DNA of 63,607 bases, the filler included, from Octopus bimaculoides (lineage: Eukaryota): assembly GCF_001194135.2 (NCBI RefSeq). It is 9 parts of 9 records of this genome, joined end to end, with 100 filler letters (N's around TTAATTAATTAA, not from the genome) between each part and the next. Parts side by side here need not be neighbours in the genome. Positions count along the whole stretch, not along the records: positions 1 to 4,898 come from NC_068988.1; positions 4,999 to 33,268 come from NC_068981.1; 7 more parts are not named here. One strand, given 5' to 3'. The position numbers and the translations under genes are program-made. Each line of letters begins with the position of its first letter. The stretch's first letter is position 1. Positions 1 to 13,125 of this stretch are shown piece after piece. Under the pieces are notes generated by a model. It saw only the letters and a list, made by a program, of their open reading frames with translations, searched no databases and was not told the DNA's origin.

Positions 1-561
1 ATATATATATACATATATATATGTATGTGTGTGTATCGCCATGATTGACTGCTAACTCCACAAGTTTTTTAATGTGATATTTAACATTTTAATATGATAA
101 GATATTTCGCTCTATTCTCCAGAAAAATTTTCCGCCTAGATATGTGCGAAAACACATTTATTTTAGCGGTTTCGAAAGACGTCATTGTATCGAAGGATGC
201 ATGTGTTTCTACGCCGTAAATCTAATTGAGTTAGCTCCTACAAGGCCTTGTTTAACTATGGCGGCAGTGTAATAAATATACAATATTTCGTTTTGAAAGG
301 AAACTGAAACTTTTTGATTATTACTTAATACTGATTACATCCTAATGTTAAAAATCAATCAACGAAAGTATTTCTTTTATATTTAAGCTGTATATAAAAT
401 CTTACGTTTTATGGAAATACTTTTCTTTTTACAAAACTAACCTCTCTTCATTGCATCAACATTTTTGGTTTGATTAGATTTTTCATGTCGAATCCATTAA
501 ATATTTTAACACAAATGTAAATGCGTTGTAGAGAATGTATCAGTCATTTTGCACACTAATC

Positions 562-909
562 TAGTGGCTCTCAACCATTAAAAAAAAAATCTAATGGCCC
601 CTTTGATTACTATTTTATTCTGGTGGACCATCATCGCCATTTGATGCTTAAAACTAGTTTTATAGAAATTTCTTTCAAAATTCCTATTTTGTTTTTCACA
701 CATTAATTTGTGTAGGTTGAACCATGTAGAGTGCTATAGAAAGAAACCAAACTGTTTGCTGCAATAAATACATCTAATGCAAAATTTATTCATGGACATT
801 TTCAATTAACACTGTCTATTTCCAATTTACTATTTTGCTTGCGTGGGCCCCCTCAAAATTCTTATATGGACACTCCTCGGGTCATACAGACCCCGGCTGA
901 AAACCCCTA
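562..909. mobile_element. hAT-type non-autonomous element (MITE), copy 1
   Basis: Imperfect TIRs tagtggctctcaacc / ggctgaaaaccccta. The interior is the reverse complement of 55754-56104. Flanking 8-mers cactaatc / ctctaagt match only 5/8. Confidence 0.75.
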
Positions 910-1153
910 CTCTAAGTTATTCATTTTTCTGAGACCAAGAGGTGCAGAGTCGGTTGTATTTATTCAGTGATTCTTGCATTTGTTGCATTAATAGTTAAAC
1001 GATTTCGTTGAGGATTATAGTTATCTGACAAGGTCATGTTATGATGAAAATTTATCCAGGGGTCGTCTCTATACCGCACAGTAAACTTAAAACATTTTTG
1101 AATCGTTTGTGGGCCGGGCAAAATGCAAAGCAACATTTTTTCCTTTTTCCAAT

Positions 1154-1366
1154 GGCAGTGAGCTGGCAGAATCATCAGCACGCGGGGCAAAACGCTTAAC
1201 GGCATTTCGTCCGTTTACACGTTCCGGGTTCAAATTCCGTCCAGGTTGACTTTACCTTTCATCCTTTCCTGGTCAATAAATTAAATACCAGTTGAGTACT
1301 GGAGTCGATATAATCGACTTACTCCCGCCCTCCGAAATTCCTGACCTTGTGCCGAAATTCAAAATC
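1154..1366 (+). mobile_element. tRNA-derived SINE (family with central gactttrcctttcatcctttc..gtc.ataaa..aagtaccag domain)
   Basis: Head ggcagtgagctggcagaatc with B-box-like gggttcaaattcc. Homologous to copies at 18034-18265 and 62170-62353. Confidence 0.8.
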
Positions 1367-1378
1367 AATATATGAGAT

Positions 1379-1430
<52 letters not shown>

Positions 1431-2892
1431 NNNNNNNNNNNNNNNNNNNNNNNNNNNNNNNNNNNNNNNNNNNNNNNNNNNNNNNNNNNNNNNNNNNNNN
1501 NNNNNNNNNNNNNNNNNNNNNNNNNNNNNNNNNNNNNNNNNNNNNNNNNNNNNNNNNNNNNNNNNNNNNNNNNNNNNNNNNNNNNNNNNNNNNNNNNNNN
1601 NNNNNNNNNNNNNNNNNNNNNNNNNNNNNNNNNNNNNNNNNNNNNNNNNNNNNNNNNNNNNNNNNNNNNNNNNNNNNNNNNNNNNNNNNNNNNNNNNNNN
1701 NNNNNNNNNNNNNNNNNNNNNNNNNNNNNNNNNNNNNNNNNNNNNNNNNNNNNNNNNNNNNNNNNNNNNNNNNNNNNNNNNNNNNNNNNNNNNNNNNNNN
1801 NNNNNNNNNNNNNNNNNNNNNNNNNNNNNNNNNNNNNNNNNNNNNNNNNNNNNNNNNNNNNNNNNNNNNNNNNNNNNNNNNNNNNNNNNNNNNNNNNNNN
1901 NNNNNNNNNNNNNNNNNNNNNNNNNNNNNNNNNNNNNNNNNNNNNNNNNNNNNNNNNNNNNNNNNNNNNNNNNNNNNNNNNNNNNNNNNNNNNNNNNNNN
2001 NNNNNNNNNNNNNNNNNNNNNNNNNNNNNNNNNNNNNNNNNNNNNNNNNNNNNNNNNNNNNNNNNNNNNNNNNNNNNNNNNNNNNNNNNNNNNNNNNNNN
2101 NNNNNNNNNNNNNNNNNNNNNNNNNNNNNNNNNNNNNNNNNNNNNNNNNNNNNNNNNNNNNNNNNNNNNNNNNNNNNNNNNNNNNNNNNNNNNNNNNNNN
2201 NNNNNNNNNNNNNNNNNNNNNNNNNNNNNNNNNNNNNNNNNNNNNNNNNNNNNNNNNNNNNNNNNNNNNNNNNNNNNNNNNNNNNNNNNNNNNNNNNNNN
2301 NNNNNNNNNATGGTACCCCTGAAGTCATCGAAATAAAATTGTTGAGGGGTAACAACAATTACCACCTATGCTGGTCTTTGAGGGTCTGCGAGAACAATGG
2401 GCAGAGACTGTTTATATAAATCGGTCTAATGAAAAAGAAAATGACCAACTTTGAATTTCCTCTAATATACCTCAATATATAATGTTTGTTGCACAAATAT
2501 ATTCATAGATAAATGGTAAAATATTTCTGTCTCAGAGAAAAATCGAAGAGCCTCTAGAGAAGCGAGGTCATATAAGTGTGACGTGTAAGAGTGAGTGCCT
2601 AGAAGTGTAACGTTACTTATGACCTGTGAAAGAAAGATAACGCAAACCATTGGCATGGTTGCTACCGGTATATTATGCCGTTATTTAATTAACGTGTTTA
2701 CAAACACACGCAGCCACACACCTACACACACACACACATATACACATATATGTGTGTGTGTATGTGTTTGTGCGCGTATGTGTTTGTATGTGTGTTTGTG
2801 TGTGTGTGCATGTGTGTGTAGGTACCTGTGTATTCATGTATTTATATGCATGTATAAATAGACAAATAAACAGATAGTCTGATACACACATA

Positions 2893-2943
<51 letters not shown>

Positions 2944-2992
2944 NNNNNNNNNNNNNNNNNNNNNNNNNNNNNNNNNNNNNNNNNNNNNNNNN

Positions 2993-3041
<49 letters not shown>

Positions 3042-3103
3042 TCACACTCTTATACATATATGTATGCATGGACAGAGGACGAGCTGTATATATATATATA
3101 TGC

Positions 3104-3160
3104 ACTTTTACTCTTTTACCGCTTCCTGGCCTGCAAATGGTGGCCATGCTAGAGCACTGC
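3104..3160 (-). mobile_element. 3' tail fragment of the CORE-type SINE family
   Basis: Reverse complement matches gcagtgctctagcatggcc...aaaagagtaaaag seen in the full copies. Confidence 0.6.
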
Positions 3161-3269
3161 TATTATGTGAGTATGCATTTTCATAGTAAATCGTAACTAT
3201 CATCACGAACTATACAGAATACTCTATTTAACACAGTTTATGAAATACAAACTAAATTAAAGCAGACCT

Positions 3270-3333
3270 GGGAATGAACCCGGATCCATGTGGTTGGTAA
3301 GCAAGCTACTTATCACACACCCACTCATGCGCC
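3270..3333 (-). mobile_element. tRNA-like head fragment of the CORE-type SINE
   Basis: Reverse complement ggcgcatgagtgggtgtgtgataagtagcttgcttaccaaccacatggatccgggttcattccc matches the family head. Confidence 0.8.
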
Positions 3334-4408
3334 TGTTTATGAATTATCAATTTTCGTCGCACCTCTGCGACCTGGCCATCGACGCAAAGATGTAGAAGAA
3401 CTGTGTCAGTGACCAGGTCGGTCGATTAAAGTGCATCGAAAGTTAGTGCCACTTCATAGTAGACATGGCTAAAACTATTAAGAAATAGACGAAAGTGAAT
3501 CTATCAGTTTAATGTCTTATGAAATATAGCAAATTCAAACAAAACTAACAGCAATACAACCACAACAAAGTATATTGATATATTCAAGAACAAAAGAAAT
3601 AATAGCAATGAATGAATTATTGGCGAAATGGTAGCATTATAAGAGCTTTGGAAATGTCAATAGAAACCACAAATAATCACATTATCTTCAAACACAGGAT
3701 ACTGTACGTCTGAGCAAGAGACAGGCCTGAAGATTTAAAGTACTTAAAATAAAGACGGAATCAAACGTTAATAATTAAAATTTGCAAATTTGATGAAGTT
3801 CGCACACCTTCGGGAGTTATAGATTGCGTTTATGTTTTGAGTGTAGCCTTTCTTCAGGGAAAGAAATTTGAAGTACTCACGTCTCCCTACGGCGCGGAAA
3901 CTTATTTAAATTTGCAAATTTTATTAATTTTTTGTCCATTCGGCTGCTGACAGTTTGCTCAGACAAGGAAGAAAATATTTATTTCTTATGGAGGAAAATA
4001 TTGATTTTCTTTCTTCTAAACTTTGATGAAAGCCACACACACTCATCGAGAAGCTCTCTTAGTAGGTTAACTCGTGTACAGTACATCGCTTCTCTTTCTT
4101 TACTCTTCGTTACTCCAGTGTTATTACTTGATGGTAAAGCGAAGAAGAGCAAAGTCAAAGCAATTGGGAATCGAAATACAAATATAAAATAAGATACTCA
4201 AATAATGCAACAATGTTGCCGGAATCTTACTCTATTTATTGCCAGTCAGCCATTTTATGATAACATAAATAGCAACTAATTGGTTAACATATTAGTATTT
4301 TAAATATAAAATAAATGAAACCACTTCAAAACCAACGTAATGATATAACACAATACTATATATATATATATATGTGTGTGTGTATGTATGTGTATGTGTC
4401 TGTATGTG

Positions 4409-4462
<54 letters not shown>

Positions 4463-4586
4463 CATACAAGTGTGTGTGTGTGTGTGTGTGCGTGCATACA
4501 TCTACATGCAAAAACACATATATACATACGTGTATGCATTTATATATACATATATATATTTAATACATACATATGTGTGTGTGCAT

Positions 4587-4627
<41 letters not shown>

Positions 4628-4852
4628 TGTGTTTCATGCTAAAAGAAAAAACTTAAATGATTAGGGTTAGGGATTTTGGTGTTCTTTGCCAAGTCTGGGA
4701 TCCCAAATGGAGACGATCATGAATATTCCACGTCCATCCGACACAAATATCCCAGGTGACCTGATTGATAATCGTTGAGGGATTATTCACATTGTTCAAT
4801 ATTAACACAGTTTACAAATGAATATCAATATATGGAGACACATATATATATT

Positions 4853-4898
<46 letters not shown>

Positions 4899-4942
4899 NN
4901 NNNNNNNNNNNNNNNNNNNNNNNNNNNNNNNNNNNNNNNNNN

Positions 4943-4954
4943 TTAATTAATTAA
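4943..4954. other. Artificial scaffold linker TTAATTAATTAA inside a 100-nt N gap (also 33313, 36315, 40019, 48065, 52086, 54096, 59976)
   Basis: The identical 12-mer, with stops in all six frames, is centred between N runs (44 N on each side at this locus) at eight places. Not biological sequence. Confidence 0.97.
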
Positions 4955-4998
4955 NNNNNNNNNNNNNNNNNNNNNNNNNNNNNNNNNNNNNNNNNNNN

Positions 4999-5259
4999 GT
5001 CTATATGCGTGTCCAAGGTAGCGTTCCAGTCCCCTACTAACAGTAAAGGTCGTGACGTTCCCAGGAAAACCTCTAGACGTCTAAGGAAATCCGCCCGACC
5101 CGTTAAGGACGGTGCATACACTGCCACCAGACGGAAAGCACACCCGTTTGTGCTATCGACGTCCAAGACAACCAGCCTACCCTCCGGGTCTAGGAATATT
5201 GGCCTTACTTTTAGGTTCAGACTCTTCCGAAAAAGCACCGCGGTACCACCGCCACCCAT
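4999..5259 (-). mobile_element. L1/Tx1-type non-LTR retrotransposon, APE endonuclease fragment
   Basis: Translation GGGGTAVLFRKS...DPEGRLVVLDV...FRLVAVYAPS...LLLVGDWNATLD carries the VYAP and GD(W/F)N motifs of L1/Tx1 endonucleases. Truncated by a gap. Confidence 0.88.
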
Positions 5260-5544
5260 GTTTGGCAGACAGGGAGAAAAATAAATGTCGAAATGTCCAC
5301 CAAACTTGGACTAGATAGATAGAGAGATAGAGAGATAGATAGATAGAATATAAGGATTTCGTAATGAGATAAAAAAAAACCAAGGTTGTGTATAATATAG
5401 AACATTAATGGAATGTTTTACAGCTGTTTCCAGGATATTTGTTGTAACCCTTCGCCGGAGACGGTGAGAGGATGGTTAAGCAAGAGTTAGTTTAGATAAG
5501 ATAGAAAATAGAGAGCGAATGTACGGATAATGTATTTGTAAATC

Positions 5545-5740
5545 CATTACTTAGGCAGAATGGTATACATAAAAGATTCCAATACCTTGTGAGTAAAATC
5601 CGATAGTCTTTAAGATTGATCATTGCCTTTCTAAATCCATTATTAAGATTCCAATACCCTATGAATAAAATCCAACAGTCCTTGAAATTGGTCATTCCAA
5701 ATACAGAATTTATGCACAGTGTTACTGAATCAACGGTAAA
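5545..5740. repeat. Unclassified dispersed repeat with internal ~85-bp-spaced duplication
   Basis: aagattccaatacc..tga.taaaatcc occurs twice locally. The block gcagaatggtata...ttgaaattggtcattccaa...cagtgttactg recurs at ~60795-60915. Confidence 0.65.
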
Positions 5741-6663
5741 GCCCTTGTGTATTAGTATATTAGTTTGACGCTCGGGTGTGTGAGAAAGGTGTTACATTTC
5801 AAACCTATTCTCTTCGACGGAAAGGAATAAGAGAAAATAAACAGAGAGAATTAAAAAAGGAAGAGAAAAAAGAAGGAGAGGATGCTAAAACGAAGGTGAG
5901 CGTGCGTGCGTGTATGTCACAATGTGTGTGCGTGTAGATAGGGGTAGTAACTTTGATGTGTGAATGTGTGCGTAAGTGTGTGCGTTTGTAAAGTGTGGGT
6001 GTGTGGATAATGGTCTGTGTGTGCATATGATGGTGCGGTGTATGGGTGCTGTGAAGTGGTATGTGCTAGTGTGTGTAGAATGGTGTTGTGAGGTGGTGTG
6101 GTGTGGTGTGATGTGGTGTGGTGGTGTGGTTTGGTGTGGTGGTGAGGGTGGGTGTGGATATGCGGGTGTGGAGGTGGGTCTTGTGGATTTGGAGTATGGC
6201 GCTGGGGTGTGGATGTGGAGTGTGGTGAGATCATATATTCTTTTCTTTTATTTTTTTCACTTATTTTACTACGACCATGCTGGAGCACCANNNNNNNNNN
6301 NNNNNNNNNNNNNNNNNNNNNNNNNNNNNNNNNNNNNNNNNNNNNNNNNNNNNNNNNNNNNNNNNNNNNNNNNNNNNNNNNNNNNNNNNNNNNNNNNNNN
6401 NNNNNNNNNNNNNNNNNNNNNNNNNNNNNNNNNNNNNNNNNNNNNNNNNNNNNNNNNNNNNNNNNNNNNNNNNNNNNNNNNNNNNNNNNNNNNNNNNNNN
6501 NNNNNNNNNNNNNNNNNNNNNNNNNNNNNNNNNNNNNNNNNNNNNNNNNNNNNNNNNNNNNNNNNNNNNNNNNNNNNNNNNNNNNNNNNNNNNNNNNNNN
6601 NNNNNNNNNNNNNNNNNNNNNNNNNNNNNNNNNNNNNNNNNNNNNNNNNNNNNNNNNNNNNNN

Positions 6664-6741
<78 letters not shown>

Positions 6742-6812
6742 AGAGAGAAAAAGAGATAGATAGATAGAGAGAGAGAGATACACACACACGCACACACGCG
6801 CACATACATATA

Positions 6813-6875
<63 letters not shown>

Positions 6876-7030
6876 CTCTGTATATATATATATATATACA
6901 TACATACATGCACAGATACACACATACATGCAAGCAAGTATAAAATCTTTGTAAATGTTACATATCATTCACTCGGATATGTAATGCTAGAATATAACCA
7001 AGCACGAACATTCTATATGATGTAGAAAAC

Positions 7031-7250
7031 GCTTTTGAAATATGGACATACAGAAGAATGTTAAGAATATTTTGGACACAATATAAAACTAACGAAGTGT
7101 TGCAAGTAACGAATGCAAGGAAAGTTTATCATTACAAAAAGGAAAGTATAATACTATGGTTCGATGGCAAGGGCCCGACTTATACAAATATTTTTACAAT
7201 CAACACCGATAAACGATAACTACTCGAAAAGGAAACCAGGAACAAACTAA
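7031..7250 (+). mobile_element. Old RTE-type LINE, C-terminal ORF fragment
   Basis: Frame starting 7031 reads AFEIWTYRRMLRIFWTQYKTNEVLQ, resembling the RTE-family motif AFEMWCYRRMLRISWT..TNEEVL. Degraded downstream. Confidence 0.8.
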
Positions 7251-9291
7251 TTCGGTAACAGCAAGGACTATTATATGGTTAAGGTGTCTTAACGGCAGGG
7301 AGAAGACCTATTCGGCCTACTGAGAGCAGGAGGCATTTCAACCATGTTTCGTGGTCTGCTACCACAACAGCTCCTTTATAGGATCCAGTTAGCTGAAGAC
7401 ATCATCAGGAGGAACCACGTCCGGTTTCCCCCCCCCCATACTCCTCTACCACTTTGACGTGGCGGGGCCACCCCCTTTCGGAGGTGTCTTCAGCTCTGGT
7501 GTTGGGTGCATGTCTTCTTTCTTCTATTCCCTGGCCTCTTCGATGCAGCATCAACGAGTGTCAGCGTCCGACTGATTGTCTTGTCAAATTCTCCTTTTTA
7601 TACCTGCTGCTAGGCTCCAGCAGGCTGCCCCAGCAAGTCGTCACCAAATAAATGTACGATGGAGGATTTCAATGTTATTTGAAAGTGAACGTAAATGAGT
7701 TCATAAATAAATGCAAATGAATATCACGTTTGTTTTTTATCTGAAGCTACGAAGAATGTAGCAACTATTTGACTTTTGAATATTACATATAAACTTTCGA
7801 AGACAGCAATATCACCTCAACTTGATTGGATGTTGACAACAAGAAAATAAACACGGAACAATTCAAAAAAGAAATATATTTTTGTTTTCCTTTTGTTTAC
7901 GTTTCCTGTTATTATTATAAGACCATATGAAAGATATTTCAAACGGTAATTTAATTTTTCGTTTCACTCAAGGAGGAAATGATATCGAAATTATTATTTG
8001 GATAATTGAACAACTGTGAAACATAATGAAACTATTCATTCTTGTCTAGGAGAATTATTGATTGTTGATATAATGTCGCCTTTGCTTGGTTTAGTCTATC
8101 ATAATATTGTATGTTAAAATATGAATTGTTAGCTAAATATAAACGTCTAACTAGTACTTGTATCACAGATACAAGTTTCTCTGTATGTTTGATATTTTTT
8201 CGACATGATTTTATATCTCGTCTAGAATACAATAAAATTTTATACAACTTAACCATGTACCACAGATTCTGAAGACACCTGTCATATTCTATGTTAAACA
8301 TTTCTGGAAATGAGCATTAAATTTATGATTGAATAAATGGAGTCACGTTTTACAAAATAGGAAAGAATTATGGTACTCACGGGGCTTTAACTTCATAATG
8401 ATGTACATTTGTGCGAAAATGGAAAACAAAAACGTATGTGTATATATTTAACCTTTGCTACTATAACATTAAAATGTCCAGTAATGTTTTAATGCACAAG
8501 TTATAAATGTCTGAAAGCTCTATTTTATATTAGTTTACTAAATGTAGTGAATAATATAACTTCCTCTAAGTAAATATAACTAATCCAAGTAAGTGCTAAT
8601 GCTATGCATATATCTGAAAACGTTTTAGACATGCACAGAGTAAATCGATTTGTGTTTGCCTCCCGCATTATTGAGTTGAGACTATCTATACTAGCTGTAT
8701 CTTAGTGAGAAGCCTTCATATCGTGTTTTTACAAGCAAAATATATTATTCAGTTAGATATATGAATCTATAACTAGAATACGTGACACAGAAATTGAAAT
8801 TTGGATGGAAACATTAAGTCTACTGCGCGTAAGGTATTTATATTTGAAATTTGCGTAGAATATACGTTATTTTCTTGACTGAGAATAACGTGTTCTGCAC
8901 TCACTATGACATATAAATATCGACTCTTTTGAGATATCTGGTATTTTCGAAAGTATTTTATATAGAACAAATAACGACATAAGTAAAGTGATGCCATCAC
9001 GTATTATTCCATATAGGCATTTACACAATTACAAAATCTGACACCATCATTAGAACATCTAGCAAATTTTGAAATTTATTTTTATATTTCAACGTTCTAT
9101 GTTAGCGGTTAGTCAGTTGAATTTAGATTAACCGTTACTTCTTGACAAGTATACTTTGAAAGCCATCTTATGGCTGTCAATAAAATGGAAAACGTATAAC
9201 GAGCTTCCATTCCTATTTATCCGGCTATAGGAATATATATCTGTCTTCTCAGTCTACATCTGTGCAGGTGCGTGTTGTTAATGATATTTAA

Positions 9292-10090
9292 ACCCAAATC
9301 AGCCTTGAACACGTGGATCTATGGCCAGTGACTGTCCCGAAGTGTATTAAAGCAATGTGAAGTTGACTTTGATTCTGTTTCTAAGAAAAAGTTTTCTCCC
9401 AATAGAAATCAGTGGCGGAATTTCGAGTTGGTTCCAGTTAGCTAACAGAATGTAGTTAAGGATTGCTAAGTATTTGCGCTATAGCATGGCTATTGGTCGG
9501 TTACCTGGGTGAGACTAATCCTAGAAAACGAAAGAGGAACTATGTATTTGCTCAAAGTAATCGGTGAGGACTAAAGCAGTTAGCAATATTTCTGGTGAAG
9601 CTATAAGGAACGTTGAACGTGTTGCTCTGTTTCAGTGCATGATACAACAGGTTTTGAAAAAAAAAAAAATCGCAATTGGGGTGAGATACATGTATTCCAA
9701 TACGAGTTGGCTACGTTCAGCCTGTAGGAGCGCATTAATAATAGTTTAGTGCATTAGGAAAAAGAAGAATCTAGGAGAAGTGGATCATATTTAGAAAAAA
9801 CTGGAAATGTTTGTTCTTGATCTCCGTAAGTTACGAGGTTAGCAAGAATATCGCGTGATACGGTGGACGAAAAAGTACTTGCAGAAATGCAATAACCATG
9901 CTATAGCACAAATATGGAGCAACCCTTTACTACTTTGTGTTAGCAAACTGGATGAAACTCGAAACTCCGTCACTGATTATTTGGAAGAAAACTTTTCTTA
10001 AAAATATAAACAAAGTCACCTTCACATTACCGTACTACACTTCGGGAGAGTCACTGGCCATAGATCCACGTGCTCCAGGCTGATCTGGGT
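9292..10090. mobile_element. Non-autonomous TIR element with TTAA target duplication (piggyBac/Kolobok-like)
   Basis: ~55-bp TIRs (9292-9346 and 10036-10090) with about 4 mismatches. TTAA lies immediately outside both ends (9288-9291, 10091-10094). Confidence 0.75.
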
Positions 10091-11519
10091 TTAAGATTGC
10101 GCCATTTTAAAGGTATTATTAGCTATTGAAAATCAACACCATTTGACAGAAATAGTTTTTATTTAATATTGTATACACGAATTTGTTGCGAATATATTTA
10201 CACTTTCTTCAGGATCTTTTTGAAAACTGTAGGGTTAAACTGGTAATAAATATGTATGCGTTCAACAAGCCAGTCATATCTAAATACGCACTGAAATTTT
10301 CAGTTTAACATTCATGATTATGTCTAGACATCTGTATATATCGGTAGATGTTACAAAGACACGAATATTTAAATGTTTGTACGCTATATAAATATATGTC
10401 ACCACATTTAAATAGTTCATTACGAACTGTGAGATATTAATTGTCGGAGGCATGTTCCAAGTTTACGGAATTGATGGTATAGTAATAATCCACTCCATGT
10501 CAAATATACATATACTCATAAAACCATGTGACCTCTAGGTTGTATACTGTGATAAATTAGAATCACACAATGGTGCCTCATACAGACAGACAAGCGCGCT
10601 TGATAAATGTGTAACTATGCATAATGTAAACGCGTTCTGTAAGGAACGTAAATATTTCTGTAACAAAAAAAAAAAGAGAAAAAATGATTGTTGAACATAA
10701 TAATCGCCGTATTAATATGAAAATAATGATCTGTTGAAACTAATATCAAGTCCATCAAGTAATAAAACCTCATTTGAAATAACAACAACAAAAGCAAAAT
10801 ATCGTTAATAATCTATTAAACAAATGTTGGCTTATGTTGGCAAGAAAGAGATATTAAAATTGTTAATATAAAATACGTTGCTTTGACGTGAATATATTCA
10901 AAATATAAAGTTTCAAAGGTCCCGAATATGAAACATAAAATCTTCAACGCCTGTCTTATTTCTTCCTAAAATGTCCCACATAAATATCACAACTCACTCG
11001 TTCTCACGTCACAAAGGTTTATTTTATTTTATGAATCTTACTTTTAAGGTAATTCTGCCAAATTTTATTTCGCAAAATTGGAATATATATTTACCGTTCA
11101 ATTATAACAACAAAGAATTTATTTGAGATTCCCAACATAAAACGTCTATCAATCAAACAATCAGTCAATATAACGAGGTATCAATCTATCTGTCTAGCAT
11201 GTGTAAGTGATTATGTACAAGTATTTTCATAAATGTGATTGCTTGGCTTTTCGGTTGACTGTGTACATTGATAAAACTGTGCAGTTATTGTTAACAAAGG
11301 AATTTATTCAAAATGAAATTAATGTATATACGATTTGTATATTAGCATAACAGATAAAGCGTCCTCTCTATACACACAGTACATATATTAGTACGTACTA
11401 GAATGAAATTACATATATAGGAAACACACACACATAAATATCATACGCTTTTCGGTGCACATACGTATATATAGATGTATGTGCATGTACACATGTACAA
11501 ATATCTATATATACATATG

Positions 11520-11568
<49 letters not shown>

Positions 11569-12681
11569 TGATATGTTGATATATGTCTGTCTGCATGCAT
11601 ATGTGTGCCTGTGGTAGTGTGCCCGCACGTGTATATGAGCGCATGTGCGTATGTGTAGATATTTGTGTATATAAGTATGCATACATATATATGTATGTAT
11701 GTGAATGTGTAAAAAAAGTTCTACGTGATATTAGGTTCGGACTTTTAAAAATTAATTTACTTTGTAATTAGAATTTTATGAATCTTTAGACCCTTGGCAG
11801 ATCGCCTGTTCATTTCAATAATTGTATGTCAAACAAAGAGACGCCATTATTGTGTGTGAGAAAACAAATGGTCACACGCACACAGAGCATATATATNNNN
11901 NNNNNNGCACACGCACGCAAATATATATATATTTTTATGCTGGTATGTACATCCGTGCATATTAGTAGTATATATATGTGTGTGCGTGTGTGTGTGTATA
12001 TAGGTATACATACCTATGGTTTGTTTCTATTCACACAAGAAGATATACGCAAAACTACACGTGCTTGTAATAAACAGTTCTTTATGGTAATTGTTTCATG
12101 TTAGCAAACGCCACGAATATCAGCCATTTCGAATTTTATCAGTACTTCCATAATTACATATTTCAGGTTTTTAACTTCCAAAAAAAGAGGATGCAGTACC
12201 ACTGTAATTTGAGGCAGAAATTTAATTTATCTTTTCAAAGAATATAAGTTCGATTTCTGAATTTAAAACTACCCCTTTGAATCGAATTTACACACAATAG
12301 CTCCGATTAAAGGTCGATCGTTTCTGCAAGAGTATATTAAATACTAAAGTGTACAGCTTTGTGCTTCATCTATTATGTATTCGCATCCAGGTAACAGGCT
12401 ATGTCGTATACTATACCTGAGTTGTCCTTGTCGGGTGTCCGTATCTCCGGATATAGTACATTTCAACTTTTGCCGCGTGATTCATAAGATATGGTTACCT
12501 CCTCTAGAAATGGCACGTTGTTAAAGGATAAAATATATTTCTTTATCGACCCACCGACACATCATAAATATACTTTATTTAGCGTGTCACTATAGTTGTA
12601 ACGTTTACTTTTCTTCTTACGTTCGTTTGCAACCAGGTGAAAACAAAAGAATTTGATACATAATAAAAGGTGTTTAAGTTA

Positions 12682-12898
12682 TACTCTTTTACTTGTTTCA
12701 GTCATATGACTGCGGCCACACTGGAGCACCGCCTTTACTTGAGCAAATCGACTCCAGGACTTATTCTTTGGAAGTCTAGTACTTATTCTATCGGTCTCCT
12801 TCGCCGAACTGCTAAGTTACGGGGATGTAAATACACCAGCATCGGTTGTCAAGCTATGTTGGGGGGACAAACACAGACACACAAACACACACACACAC

Positions 12899-12963
<65 letters not shown>

Positions 12964-13125
12964 CAACGGGCTTATTTCATTTTCCGTCTACCAAATCCAC
13001 TCACAAGTCTTTGGTCGGCCCGAAGCTATAGTAGGAGTCATTTGCCCAAAGTGCCACGCAGTGGGAATGAACCCGGAACCATGTGGCTGGTAAGCAAGAT
13101 ACTTACCATACAGCCATTCCTACGC
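12682..13125 (-). mobile_element. Full-length composite CORE-type SINE (tRNA head + CORE-like + microsatellite + 3' module)
   Basis: Head at ~12960-13125 contains gcactttgggcaaatg (CORE-like ccttgggcaag). Internal (TA)n/(CA)n. The 3' module ends in aaaagagta repeats. Confidence 0.9.

Noticed and set aside
4662-4673. Telomere-like ttagggttaggg
   Set aside because: Only two units; insufficient for an interstitial telomeric array.
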